From Deltaproteobacteria bacterium (GTDB lineage: Bacteria; Myxococcota_A; Polyangia; JAAYKL01): a stretch of 64,000 nucleotides of DNA. The notes under the pieces were generated by a model. That model saw nothing but the letters and a program-made list of their open reading frames with translations, had not been told where the DNA came from and made no database searches. This document shows, one piece after another, positions 41,935-51,710 of this stretch. Location of the stretch: contig JAFGXQ010000013.1 in assembly GCA_016936575.1 (NCBI GenBank), positions 2,835 through 66,834 on the forward strand. Direction: 5' to 3'. Position 1 is the stretch's first letter, and each line of letters starts with the position of its first letter. The position numbers and the translations under genes were made by a program.

Positions 41935-43200
41935 TTACAACGCGCGGTGCCCGATATCCCGCCGCAGCCGCATTCCGTTCCACGAAATCTTGTCACATGC
42001 GGCATAGGCTTTGTCACGTGCGTCTTTCACGCTGTCGCCTCGACCGGTAACCCCGAGAACCCTTCCGCCGCTGGTTACAATCTTATCTCCGTCTTTTCGG
42101 GTTCCCGCGTGAAACACGATGACATCTTCAACTGTTGCAGCGTCATCGAGCCCTAGTATTTCATCGCCTTTTTCGTACGCCCCCGGATACCCGCCGGCGG
42201 CCTGCACCACACAGATCGCCGAACCTTCGTGCCACTCCAGTTCTGTTCCGGCCAACTGCCCTTTGGCGGCGTTCTCTAGCACCTCGGCGAGGTCGCTCTT
42301 CAGCATGGCGAGCAGCGGCTGACACTCCGGGTCGCCGAAGCGGACATTGTATTCAAGCACGTTCAACCTATCGCCGTCAATCATCAACCCCGCGTACAAA
42401 ACCCCTTTAAAAGGCACCCCATCTTCGGCCATGCCGTCAACAGAGGGGCGAATCACCTCATCGATGATTTTTTCACGCAACGCATCCGTAACCAGCGGTG
42501 CCGGGCAATATGCGCCCATTCCACCGGTATTGGGCCCGGTGTCGCCTTCGTAGGCGGCCTTGTGATCCTGTGCGGCTATCAGTGTAACAAAATCTGCTCC
42601 ATCGCAAATCGCCAGTATCGATGCCTCCTCGCCCTTGAGATAATCTTCAATTACCAACTGCCCCCCGGCAGACCCGAACGCCTTGTCGCTCAATATGCTG
42701 GTGACTGCATCTTTGGCTTCCTGAACAGAGTCACACAGCAATACCCCTTTTCCCGCTGCCAGACCGTCGGCCTTGACCACGCAGGGCCCGCCCCGTTTCT
42801 CCACTTCAGCCAACGCTTCGGTCAAATCCGTATGAGACGTGAAACGGGCAGTCGGCACGCCGTGACGCTCCATGAATTCTTTCGAAAATGTTTTGCTGCC
42901 TTCGAGCATCGCCGCCTTCGCACTAGGGCCGAACACCAGAATTCCCTCAGCTTCCAGCATGTCTGCCAAACCGGCAACCAGCGGCGCTTCCGGTCCGACA
43001 ACCACCAAATCGACATTCTCTTTTTTCGCCAACGCCAGCTGTCCGTCCACATCTTCAGCGCCCACATTCACGCAGCGGGCGTGCTTGGCAATGCCGCCGT
43101 TCCCCGGCGCGCAAATCACTTCGGTTACTTTTCGGCTTTGGGCCAACTTCCAACACAATGCATGCTCGCGGCCTCCACCGCCAACCACAAGAACTTTCAT
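41935..43200 (-). CDS. purD: phosphoribosylamine--glycine ligase
   Basis: 421 aa. ATP-grasp. MKVLVVGGGGREHAL N-terminus typical of PurD. Confidence 0.9.
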   Translation of the reverse strand: MKVLVVGGGGREHALCWKLAQSRKVTEVICAPGNGGIAKHARCVNVGAEDVDGQLALAKKENVDLVVVGPEAPLVAGLADMLEAEGILVFGPSAKAAMLEGSKTFSKEFMERHGVPTARFTSHTDLTEALAEVEKRGGPCVVKADGLAAGKGVLLCDSVQEAKDAVTSILSDKAFGSAGGQLVIEDYLKGEEASILAICDGADFVTLIAAQDHKAAYEGDTGPNTGGMGAYCPAPLVTDALREKIIDEVIRPSVDGMAEDGVPFKGVLYAGLMIDGDRLNVLEYNVRFGDPECQPLLAMLKSDLAEVLENAAKGQLAGTELEWHEGSAICVVQAAGGYPGAYEKGDEILGLDDAATVEDVIVFHAGTRKDGDKIVTSGGRVLGVTGRGDSVKDARDKAYAACDKISWNGMRLRRDIGHRAL

Positions 43201-43229
43201 GAAGCCCTCCTATCTGAACGTTATTTCGA

Positions 43230-43841
43230 TTATCGCGCTTTTTTTCCGGTTTCCACGTTGTATTCCGCCAGTCCCGTAAAAACAGCCGCATCGTATTTTG
43301 CGGTATGCGCATACGCTTTCACCGCCAACTCAAAACGAAATTTATCCGTCACCCTGTCGCTTTTGGCGAGATGCCATAAAATTGTTTCATAATCATCGGG
43401 CTCGCACACCACGGTCACCCGTCTGAAATTTCGTGCCGCGGACCGAAGCAGGGACGCACCGCCGATATCAATCATATCAACGGCGTCATCCAGGGTCAGG
43501 CTCGGATCCGCAGCCACATATTCGAACGGATACAGATTCACGACCACCAGATTAATGGGTTCCGCATGCATACGCTCCAGCTCAGCGAAATGCCCGTCAA
43601 TGTCTTCTGCAAGAATGCCGGCGTGAATTTTGGGGTGCAGCGTTTTCATACGCCCTTCCATAATTTCGGTTTCACCGATGTAATCAACCATCCGCGTCAC
43701 GGGTAATCCCGCGTTCGAAATGGCATCCGCGGTCCCGCCGGTCGACAAAATATGATACCCCAGATCAACCAGTCCGCGCGCCAGGGTTTCAATGCCTTTT
43801 TTATTTGCAACACTTAATAATGCAAAACGTCGTTTGTTCAT
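43230..43841 (-). CDS. stand-alone IMP cyclohydrolase (MGS-like N-terminal domain of PurH) without AICAR transformylase domain
   Basis: ORF 43230..43868. Start MNKRRFALLSVANKKG. Matches PurH N-domain (ILSTGGTA..., RMKTLHPKIHAGIL, NLVVVNLYPF). Ends after about 203 aa, 29 bp before purD, so there is no room for the transformylase domain. Confidence 0.7.
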   Translation of the reverse strand: MNKRRFALLSVANKKGIETLARGLVDLGYHILSTGGTADAISNAGLPVTRMVDYIGETEIMEGRMKTLHPKIHAGILAEDIDGHFAELERMHAEPINLVVVNLYPFEYVAADPSLTLDDAVDMIDIGGASLLRSAARNFRRVTVVCEPDDYETILWHLAKSDRVTDKFRFELAVKAYAHTAKYDAAVFTGLAEYNVETGKKAR

Positions 43842-44011
43842 ACATCTCCCCGATTGTCGTCGTCGCACGTCCCCACGTGCAAAAAATGTTCACCCGTTTT
43901 ACGGCATTCACTCCCTTTTGAAAAGAGCTTTAGTCCGAACCGCCTTCTGTCACTTTTCCGCCCTACAAAAACGCTTGAGATGAATCGGTAATCGGGATAG
44001 ACCCAACGACA

Positions 44012-45589
44012 ATGAGTAACGCACCGAAAGTCAACCGAATCTGGGACACGCTGTTTTGCGGCAACCGACGATACACCGCAGCGCTGCTGGTCTCCGTAGC
44101 GGTTCATATTTCGGTGTATATGTACTATTCGCCGACATACGAAGAGGTGAAGGACATCGCCATGGAATTTGACCTGGTAACCAGCGAGATGGACCAGCCC
44201 CTGGCTCCCGATGCAGAAGGCCCGCGCGACTTAAAAAAGACCCCGGAAGAGGACCAACCCGATGAAAATGCCGAATCCGCCGATGAAACGCCGCTCCCGG
44301 ATAACAACGGAAAGTTGATTGGCGACACCGATTTAGTTAAAGACACAGAGGCGCCCGCCACCGACTCGGACACCGGTGCCGGAGCGGACACTGATTCGGA
44401 TTCAGAAAAAACCGACACCGATAGCCTGACCGATACCGATACCAAATCTGACTCCGATGCCAACAGGGATTCAGACACCGCAATCGCGTCAGCCGATTCA
44501 GACTCGAAATCGGATTCCGGCCCGGTACATATCGTCGCAAATGATACGGACAGTGATTCCCGCACAGATTCCGACAGCGCATCAGTGTTTACCTCCGCCG
44601 ACTCGGACAGCGGGGGGAACAAATTTCCGGACTCTATCGGCGCGGCAGGGGGACCCGAAAACGGTGTATGCCTGCACGACGTATTCTCCTACGGAATTCA
44701 AAACCCCAAATGGATGACGTGGCTCAGCATGACCGCATTCGCCGGTACGCGCTACGAACAAGGACTGGCGGGTATTTTAAACTCTTTTTATCTATACAAT
44801 GAAATGGTATCCGCCACCGAAATCGATCCGCTCACAGAACTGGAAGGCGTGCTCATCAGTGCCGACAACTTCGCAGATTTCAGCACGTACCAAATCGTCA
44901 CAACCTACAATATCGGGCAGGAGGTGCTCAAAAACCGGCTGGTAAAAAATGTCGGCGATAAGCCCGGCTTTGCCGTGTCGCCAACCAACCAGGGGGTCTC
45001 GGGGGTGCTCCCCGGCAGCTACCGCTGGGACATGGTCGGTTCGGGCCGCGTGATGGTGGCCAGCGACGCCCAAAAGGGAATATTCAACCCCGAGTGGCCC
45101 AAGGGAGTAACCTGCATGATGCCCATGCCGCCGTTTGAAGGAAACGCGCAAAAACAGTTTCGCTCTCTGGTGCGTTCAAAATTGGGACCGGCCAAAGCCG
45201 GCGACCGATGGCCGGTGATGCTGATGGCGACGCGGGATCCGAACGCCGTTGGTTTGTACAACAATCCACAATTGGCCGCCATGTTTCAATACGCGGTGCT
45301 AAAGGGATATTTCTCTGAGCCGATTCAGGTTCAGGGCGAAGCGAAATTCAACGGAAGCCCCCAGGATATGGTTCGAGTGGAATACATGGTAAAATACCTG
45401 ATCCAGAAGGCAGATTACCTGAAGTATCTCGGACTTGGGGGAATCGCCGATAAGATTGAGTACCGAATTGAAGGCGACACATTATATTTTACGATTCCGC
45501 TTACAGAAAAGCAGGTTGCCGTCGCCCTGCTGGTGCTGAAGCAATACAGCAAAATGCTGAACGAGCATTTCAGTCAACCACCCAAATAA
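44012..45589 (+). CDS. membrane-anchored hypothetical protein with acidic D/S/T-rich linker
   Basis: 525 aa. N-terminal TM helix (AALLVSVAVHISVYMYY). About 100 aa acidic linker with DSD/DTD repeats. About 330 aa C-terminal domain of unknown function. Confidence 0.5.
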   Translation: MSNAPKVNRIWDTLFCGNRRYTAALLVSVAVHISVYMYYSPTYEEVKDIAMEFDLVTSEMDQPLAPDAEGPRDLKKTPEEDQPDENAESADETPLPDNNGKLIGDTDLVKDTEAPATDSDTGAGADTDSDSEKTDTDSLTDTDTKSDSDANRDSDTAIASADSDSKSDSGPVHIVANDTDSDSRTDSDSASVFTSADSDSGGNKFPDSIGAAGGPENGVCLHDVFSYGIQNPKWMTWLSMTAFAGTRYEQGLAGILNSFYLYNEMVSATEIDPLTELEGVLISADNFADFSTYQIVTTYNIGQEVLKNRLVKNVGDKPGFAVSPTNQGVSGVLPGSYRWDMVGSGRVMVASDAQKGIFNPEWPKGVTCMMPMPPFEGNAQKQFRSLVRSKLGPAKAGDRWPVMLMATRDPNAVGLYNNPQLAAMFQYAVLKGYFSEPIQVQGEAKFNGSPQDMVRVEYMVKYLIQKADYLKYLGLGGIADKIEYRIEGDTLYFTIPLTEKQVAVALLVLKQYSKMLNEHFSQPPK

Positions 45590-45707
45590 AAAGCGCTTCC
45601 CCTGCAGCGGAACAAAGTAATTTTATTTTTTGTTGTATTATCTATAAATTTCGTTAAAAACGGTGTGGCCGCAAGGCGGCAGACCTGTTCGTTGAAAACA
45701 AAATTTT

Positions 45708-45791
45708 GCCAGGGTGGCGGAATTGGTAGACGCAAGGGACTTAAAATCCCTCGAGCTATTGCTTGTACGGGTTCGATTCCCGTCCCTGGTA
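45708..45791 (+). tRNA. tRNA-Leu (anticodon UAA)
   Basis: Cloverleaf by eye. Acceptor GCCAGGG/CCCTGGT plus discriminator A. Anticodon stem AGGGA/TCCCT with loop CTTAAAA (TAA). Long variable arm. T-arm ACGGG-TTCGATT-CCCGT. CCA not encoded. Confidence 0.85.
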
Positions 45792-45939
45792 CTATTCTTC
45801 ATCTATCGCAATAACTTGACTTCATGGAAATAGAGGTATAAACGGATAAATAATTCTATCTGGCTCGAAAAATTTTAATCGCACTGATAGAATTAAAAAC
45901 GACAGCACGAACTGCTATTTTTCATATTCGGAGTGAGCC

Positions 45940-46503
45940 ATGAGCACCAACGACCTATTTACAGCCCCTCAAGTGGCAAAAATCTGTTCTACTGACTTAA
46001 AAACCATTCACAACTGGGTGAACCGGGGAGAAATCAAATTTTTCAGAACCCCTGGCAGACACCTTCGTTTTCGCCGCCAGGACATCCTGGAATTCCTGAT
46101 GAAATTCGGATATCCGATTCCAGAAGGATTCGCCCCGACCCGACACAAAGCAATCGTTATCGACCCCACGGAAGATACCGCTAATTCCATTGCCAATGCG
46201 CTTTCAGACGAAATGGACGTAAAAACCTTTACCGACCATTTTGATGCACTGCTGCAAATCGGAAAAGACAAACCGTCCTTAGTATTGATTAACTGCGACT
46301 CCAATCCGGAAATGCTGAAAGTGGTACAGAATATTTCCAAAAACGAGGCGGACTTGCCCATCGTGGCATACGGCAGCGACGGCTTCTCTGTTGATGAACC
46401 GAAACGCGCCGGCGCATTAGAAAGCATTGCCACCACGGACGTGAATTCAGTGAAAGACAAAGTTTCGTCAATCGTTCGCAACACCCTGAAAACCGCGGTG
46501 TAA
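45940..46503 (+). CDS. HTH (excisionase/MerR-type DNA-binding) plus receiver-like domain protein
   Basis: 187 aa. N-terminal FTAPQVAKICSTDLKTIHNWVNRGEIKFFRTPGRHLRF resembles excisionase-family HTH. C-terminal about 120 aa resembles a CheY-like receiver (KAIVIDP...VLINCD). Confidence 0.55.
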   Translation: MSTNDLFTAPQVAKICSTDLKTIHNWVNRGEIKFFRTPGRHLRFRRQDILEFLMKFGYPIPEGFAPTRHKAIVIDPTEDTANSIANALSDEMDVKTFTDHFDALLQIGKDKPSLVLINCDSNPEMLKVVQNISKNEADLPIVAYGSDGFSVDEPKRAGALESIATTDVNSVKDKVSSIVRNTLKTAV

Positions 46504-46535
46504 CAGAGCATCCACATAGATTACAGACTGTCGCC

Positions 46536-48029
46536 CTATTCCAGTTCAAAGTTGTGTCGCTGGAAGACTTCGCGCAGCCAATCTTTATCGGATTCAATCT
46601 GTTCCACCGCAGAATCAAACGCCATATTCTCGGTATCCGGTTTATAGAAAAACCGCATCATGGTACCTGACATCTGCTCCATGTCCTTTGCCGTCGGCGA
46701 AAACACGTACACAGATATATTCGGATTCGCTTCTTCGGCTTTGGTAATCATTTCAGCAAATCGGGTGCGTATCATCGATTTCACCGATTGAACCGTATTG
46801 AACAGACCGCCTTTTCCGCTCACATACCCCGCTTCCATGGTCTGTACAGGACGCAAAGGGTCAATACAAATGATTAGCGTAGCACCGCTCGACACCGCCA
46901 CATCAATATCGATGGTCCGCGTAAATATCCCGTCCACAAAGTAACGGTCCCCAATTTTTTCAGGATTGTAATACGGTGTCATCGCGCAAGACGCGCGCAC
47001 CGCTGATGAAATCGGCACATCATCGGCACCTGGGGCGCCGAAAGAAATGTGACTGCCTTCATCCTGATCGGTCACGCCGATAAACAGCTTTTTCTCAAGC
47101 TCGCGAAAATCATTTCTCATGCCGGGTTTGGTGTATTCCCGTTGCAGATATTCCCGCAGTTTATCGCCGGAAAACATCGCCGTCGGCGTGACGCGCATGG
47201 CACTGTCAAACGGGCGGGTAATCCAACGTCCCTTCCAGAAATCCCCTACCGAAGACATAATTCGTTTAGCCAGCTCGCTCACGTTCGGATCGAACAACAT
47301 GCTTCTGGTAATAGGATCCACCCGACTGGGTCTGCCGTATAAAGTATTTGCAATTTCATAAGGTTTTACGCCGTTCGCCAAAAAAGCACTCAGCACCGCA
47401 CCCGCAGAAATACCACTGAATATATCAAAATCCGTTAATGACGCACCGCGCAACCGGGAATCCAATGCGCGCAGTACCCCAATCTCCCAAAACATCCCTT
47501 CTATCCCCCCCCCTGCCAAACAAAGCGCCACCTTTCCAGGCGCAGTCGGTCTGGAAATCCGATATGCGGCCGTCAGTACATCTCCCATGTGTTTGGGTCC
47601 CACCAGAACACCGCCCAGCTGCAGTGTTCCCAGGCCGTAGGCATGGTAAGCCGTATGCTCGTTGTCGGGCAGCAGAATCACGACAGACGCCCGTGACGGG
47701 GCCCTTCTGCGCATCGCGCCGGTCAGCAGCTCTGGGAGCACCTGTCCCGCCAAAGACGCCTCCACACCCTGGGCCAAATCGTCATGCCGATGGTCGATGA
47801 TAATCGCGCCCATGGGACGGGATTTCGCGATTTCAAGACATTCTGTCGTATTGGTGAGAAGATGACAAATCAACGACTTTTTGTCCTTCAATGTCAACTC
47901 CACCCCGTTTTTAAAGTCCGCATCCTGATTGGAGTCACTGACAAACGGCGTCAATTCTTTTTGAATGAATTCATACTGATCCTGGGTCACAAAAATGGAA
48001 ATCCGAGCAGACGGTGTCTTTTCTGTCAT
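46536..48029 (-). CDS. patatin-like phospholipase family protein with N-terminal extension
   Basis: 497 aa. Oxyanion motif LCLAGGGIEGMF. Nucleophile elbow GISAGA (GxSxG). Catalytic Asp region DGG/DGI. About 160 aa N-terminal domain of unknown function. Confidence 0.8.
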   Translation of the reverse strand: MTEKTPSARISIFVTQDQYEFIQKELTPFVSDSNQDADFKNGVELTLKDKKSLICHLLTNTTECLEIAKSRPMGAIIIDHRHDDLAQGVEASLAGQVLPELLTGAMRRRAPSRASVVILLPDNEHTAYHAYGLGTLQLGGVLVGPKHMGDVLTAAYRISRPTAPGKVALCLAGGGIEGMFWEIGVLRALDSRLRGASLTDFDIFSGISAGAVLSAFLANGVKPYEIANTLYGRPSRVDPITRSMLFDPNVSELAKRIMSSVGDFWKGRWITRPFDSAMRVTPTAMFSGDKLREYLQREYTKPGMRNDFRELEKKLFIGVTDQDEGSHISFGAPGADDVPISSAVRASCAMTPYYNPEKIGDRYFVDGIFTRTIDIDVAVSSGATLIICIDPLRPVQTMEAGYVSGKGGLFNTVQSVKSMIRTRFAEMITKAEEANPNISVYVFSPTAKDMEQMSGTMMRFFYKPDTENMAFDSAVEQIESDKDWLREVFQRHNFELE

Positions 48030-48212
48030 TCAATACCCTTTTCCCGGCTCATTTGGACGTTTCGCCCCACAATCATCCCGGTTGCGCACGTCCAATTTCA
48101 GTTTTGCGCTAAAATTATGTTTTTTTTCAATCTATGTATTTCAAATACGCTTTGTTTTTATATATAACTTGTGTTACGTTATTCAAAATTATTCAGCAAA
48201 ATGGGAGGACGC

Positions 48213-48452
48213 ATGTCTGAAGATAAAGTATTGTACAGCTTCAAACGCAATCCAACAGAAGAAGTTCGCGCCGGCGTAAAAGAGTTCAAAGGAAAAGCGT
48301 ATATCGATATTCGCATTTACTACATGGATGACCAGGGCGAGTGGAAACCCACCAAAAAAGGCGTATCTTTGGCAACCGATTTTCTGCCTGAGTTGAAGGA
48401 AGCCGTTACCGCCATCGATGCCGAACTGACAAAAATGGAAGCCGCCGAATAG
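48213..48452 (+). CDS. PC4/YdbC-like ssDNA-binding transcriptional coactivator family protein
   Basis: ORF 48171..48452. Probable start MSEDKVLYS. FKGKAYIDIRIYY...KPTKKGVSL matches the bacterial PC4 (YdbC) fold signature. Confidence 0.55.
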   Translation: MSEDKVLYSFKRNPTEEVRAGVKEFKGKAYIDIRIYYMDDQGEWKPTKKGVSLATDFLPELKEAVTAIDAELTKMEAAE

Positions 48453-48725
48453 CCGGTTCTGTTTTTCGTCGCCCATTTTTCTATGATATCGTCGCTTGTG
48501 AACGATTGTGATTTCGTTGCATTTTGTTAATGCATTTGTGAAACAGTTTCATTTTTGTCATCATTTTGACTGAGTTTCGAGTGCACAGACGCACGCCGCG
48601 TATCATTTCGAAATGTTCAGTAAAATAATTTTTAAATAATACAATTTATGCTGGTCACAGCGCGCAGTTTTCCATATACCCGCATTGTAAAACGCGGTCT
48701 TCAACTTTTCGGATGAGGAGGAATA

Positions 48726-51710
48726 ATGCCCCATCGCATAGCAATCAAACTGAAAAGCGGATTCAACGATGCCAACGGCACTCGAACGGCATCTGAAATT
48801 GAGAGTTATCTTGCATATCACGTGGATAGCGTTCGCGTGGTCGATGTATACACCGTCGATGCAGAATTGGGCAACGACTCACTAACCCGACTCGCCGAAG
48901 AACTGTGTGATTCGGTGATTCAAGAGTGGACAGTGGACAGCCCTGCTGCGGTGGAATTCGACTGGCTGATTGAAGTGGCATTTCGCCCAGGCGTGACCGA
49001 CAACGTGGGCCGTACGGCGACCGAATCAGCGCGCATGGTGCTTCCCGACGAATTTACCCGGGAACACGCCATTTATACCTCTCGGCAGTACCTGATTCGC
49101 GGAGAACTGTCTGAGGTACAAGTTGAAAATATCGCAACCGGACTGCTGTGCAATACGCTCATCCAACGCCATCGCATCGCATCCAGAGACGCGTTTGATT
49201 ACGACAAGGGAATGCCGGTAGAGGTTCCCAAAGTTACCGAAACGGCCACCCCCGAGGCTAGAACCATCAGTCTCGATTTATCGGACGAAGCCCTGGCGGC
49301 ACTCAGCAGAGAAATGACCCTCGCCCTGTCGCTGGATGAAATGAAAGTGATTCAGGCGTATTACCAACGCGAAGACATTCAGGCGCTGCGCAACGAAAAA
49401 GGCTTGCCGCCGGAACCTACCGACGTGGAAATCGAAGTGTTTGCTCAGACCTGGTCCGAGCACTGCAAGCATAAAATCTTCAGCGCCCTTATCGAATATC
49501 GCGACGGCGACAACGTGGAGAAAATATCGTCACTGTACAAAACATATATACAGGGAACCACCAAAGAAGTTCGCGCACTTCTGGGCGACGACGACTACTG
49601 TCTGTCTGTATTCAAGGATAACGCAGGCGTGTGGAAATTCACCGACGACTGGAATCTGGTCTTCAAAGTGGAAACCCATAACTCTCCCTCCGCGCTGGAT
49701 CCATACGGCGGTGCGCTCACCGGTATCGTCGGTGTGAATCGCGATCCCCACGGCACCGGTAAGGGTTCCAGATTGTTCTGCAACACCGACGTTTTCTGCC
49801 TGGCCGACCCGTTTTACAATGAAGAATTGCCGCCTCGGCTGCTTCACCCCCGTCGTGTGATGGAGGGCGTCCGAGAAGGCGTGGAGCACGGCGGCAATAA
49901 AAGCGGCATTCCCACGGTAAACGGTTCACTGGTATTCGATGAGCGATTCCTGGGCAAACCGCTGGTCTTCTGCGGAACCGGCGGCATCATGCCCAAAGAA
50001 ATCAACGGCGAGCCGTCTCACGAAAAGCTCGCATATCCCGGCGATCGAATCATCATGGTAGGCGGTCGCATCGGCAAAGACGGTATCCACGGCGCGACGT
50101 TCTCATCAGAGGAGCTGCACGAAGGGTCACCGGCAACCGCGGTTCAAATTGGCGACCCGATCACTCAGAAACGAATGACCGATTTCCTGCTTCGCGCCCG
50201 CGATGAGAGCCTGATGACCTGCCTGACCGATAACGGTGCGGGCGGGCTGTCCTCGTCGATAGGCGAAATGGCGGAAGGCCCCGGCGGCGCAAAAGTGGAA
50301 CTGGCCCACGCACCGCTGAAATACCAGGGGCTCCAGCCGTGGGAAATTTTTATTTCTGAAGCACAGGAACGAATGACCGCCGCTGTATCACCGGAAAAAC
50401 TGGACCGTTTCATCAGCCTGGCCAATGAAATGGGCGTTGAGGCGACGGACTTGGGCGAGTACACCGCCGGGCCGTACCTGGAGCTGTTTTACAACGGCGC
50501 CCCGGTCGCACTGTTCGATATGGAGTTTCTGCACAAAGGTCTTCCGCAAATGACCCTTCAGGCAGCGTGGACGGCTCCAAGCGAAGACGTCGCGAATATT
50601 CCATCCAAAGAAAACCTGAATGACGACCTGGCGAAAATGCTCGGCCGCCTGGACATCTGCTCCAAGGAGTACTGGGTTCGTCAATACGACCACGAAGTTC
50701 AGGGGGGGGCAGTCGTTAAACCCCTGTGCGGCGCGGAACACGACGGTCCCTCTGATGCGGCGGTGGTACGCCCCATCCTGGATTCCATGAAGGGCGTTGC
50801 TGTATCACACGGAATCTGCCCCAGATATTCCGACCTCGATGCCTATCACATGAGCGCCTGTGCGGTAGACGAAGCCATGCGCAACCTCGTATGCGTGGGC
50901 GCCAATCCCGACAAAGTGGCTGCGCTTGATAATTTCTGCTGGTGCGACCCGGTGACATCGCCCAGCAATCCGGACGGCGACTATAAACTGGCCCAACTGG
51001 TTCGTTCGGCCAAAGCGCTGAAGGATGTATGCATTGCCTACCGGATGCCGCTGGTGTCGGGCAAAGACAGCATGAAGAACGACTACTCCATCGGTGACAC
51101 CAAAATCTCCATTCCGCCAACGCTTCTCGTGACCGCCGTCGGCGAAGTCGAAGATTCAAATTGTGCGGTAACCATGGATGCGAAGAATGTCGACGACCTT
51201 GTGTACCTGGTGGGCGACACCTACGACGACATGGGCAAAAGCCACTATCTTGACATGTTGGGTATCGCGGGAGGGAATGTTCCCAAACTGCGCGCCCCCG
51301 AGCAGACCATACAAAATTATCGCTGGCTTCACCGGGCCATGAAAAGCAAATTGGTCGCTTCCTGCCACGATCTCTCAGATGGCGGTCTGGCGGTCGCCGC
51401 GGCAGAGACCGCATTTTCGGGAAATCTGGGGCTGAACATTGATTTATCGAAGGTACCGGGCGCACCCACGTCGAACGAAACAGCACTGTTTTCAGAAACC
51501 CCCGGTCGACTGTTGGTCACCGTTCCCGCGACTTCGAAGGATGCTTTCGAAATCATTATGGGGAACGCCGCCGCGTGCATCGGTGAAGTCGTGGAGGAGC
51601 CGAAACTGACCGTTCTCGGTCAAGGCGGGCAAACAGTAATTGAGTCTGATATTTCTACATTAAAAGAGTCGTGGCAGAAGACTCTTCGGTTCAGCGAGGT
51701 TTCCAAATGA
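48726..51710 (+). CDS. purL: phosphoribosylformylglycinamidine synthase, PurS-PurL fusion
   Basis: 994 aa. N-terminal about 90 aa PurS-like domain, then the FGAM synthetase PurL domains (AIR synthase-related N and C domains). No glutaminase domain; that function is on the downstream purQ. Confidence 0.9.
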   Translation: MPHRIAIKLKSGFNDANGTRTASEIESYLAYHVDSVRVVDVYTVDAELGNDSLTRLAEELCDSVIQEWTVDSPAAVEFDWLIEVAFRPGVTDNVGRTATESARMVLPDEFTREHAIYTSRQYLIRGELSEVQVENIATGLLCNTLIQRHRIASRDAFDYDKGMPVEVPKVTETATPEARTISLDLSDEALAALSREMTLALSLDEMKVIQAYYQREDIQALRNEKGLPPEPTDVEIEVFAQTWSEHCKHKIFSALIEYRDGDNVEKISSLYKTYIQGTTKEVRALLGDDDYCLSVFKDNAGVWKFTDDWNLVFKVETHNSPSALDPYGGALTGIVGVNRDPHGTGKGSRLFCNTDVFCLADPFYNEELPPRLLHPRRVMEGVREGVEHGGNKSGIPTVNGSLVFDERFLGKPLVFCGTGGIMPKEINGEPSHEKLAYPGDRIIMVGGRIGKDGIHGATFSSEELHEGSPATAVQIGDPITQKRMTDFLLRARDESLMTCLTDNGAGGLSSSIGEMAEGPGGAKVELAHAPLKYQGLQPWEIFISEAQERMTAAVSPEKLDRFISLANEMGVEATDLGEYTAGPYLELFYNGAPVALFDMEFLHKGLPQMTLQAAWTAPSEDVANIPSKENLNDDLAKMLGRLDICSKEYWVRQYDHEVQGGAVVKPLCGAEHDGPSDAAVVRPILDSMKGVAVSHGICPRYSDLDAYHMSACAVDEAMRNLVCVGANPDKVAALDNFCWCDPVTSPSNPDGDYKLAQLVRSAKALKDVCIAYRMPLVSGKDSMKNDYSIGDTKISIPPTLLVTAVGEVEDSNCAVTMDAKNVDDLVYLVGDTYDDMGKSHYLDMLGIAGGNVPKLRAPEQTIQNYRWLHRAMKSKLVASCHDLSDGGLAVAAAETAFSGNLGLNIDLSKVPGAPTSNETALFSETPGRLLVTVPATSKDAFEIIMGNAAACIGEVVEEPKLTVLGQGGQTVIESDISTLKESWQKTLRFSEVSK

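Noticed and set aside
45708-46503. Integrative element at tRNA-Leu
   Set aside because: No integrase, transposase or att-like direct repeat visible within the window.
50716-51486. 256 aa minus-strand ORF inside purL, and 42562..43392 (+) inside purD/purH
   Set aside because: Antisense to highly conserved purine genes.
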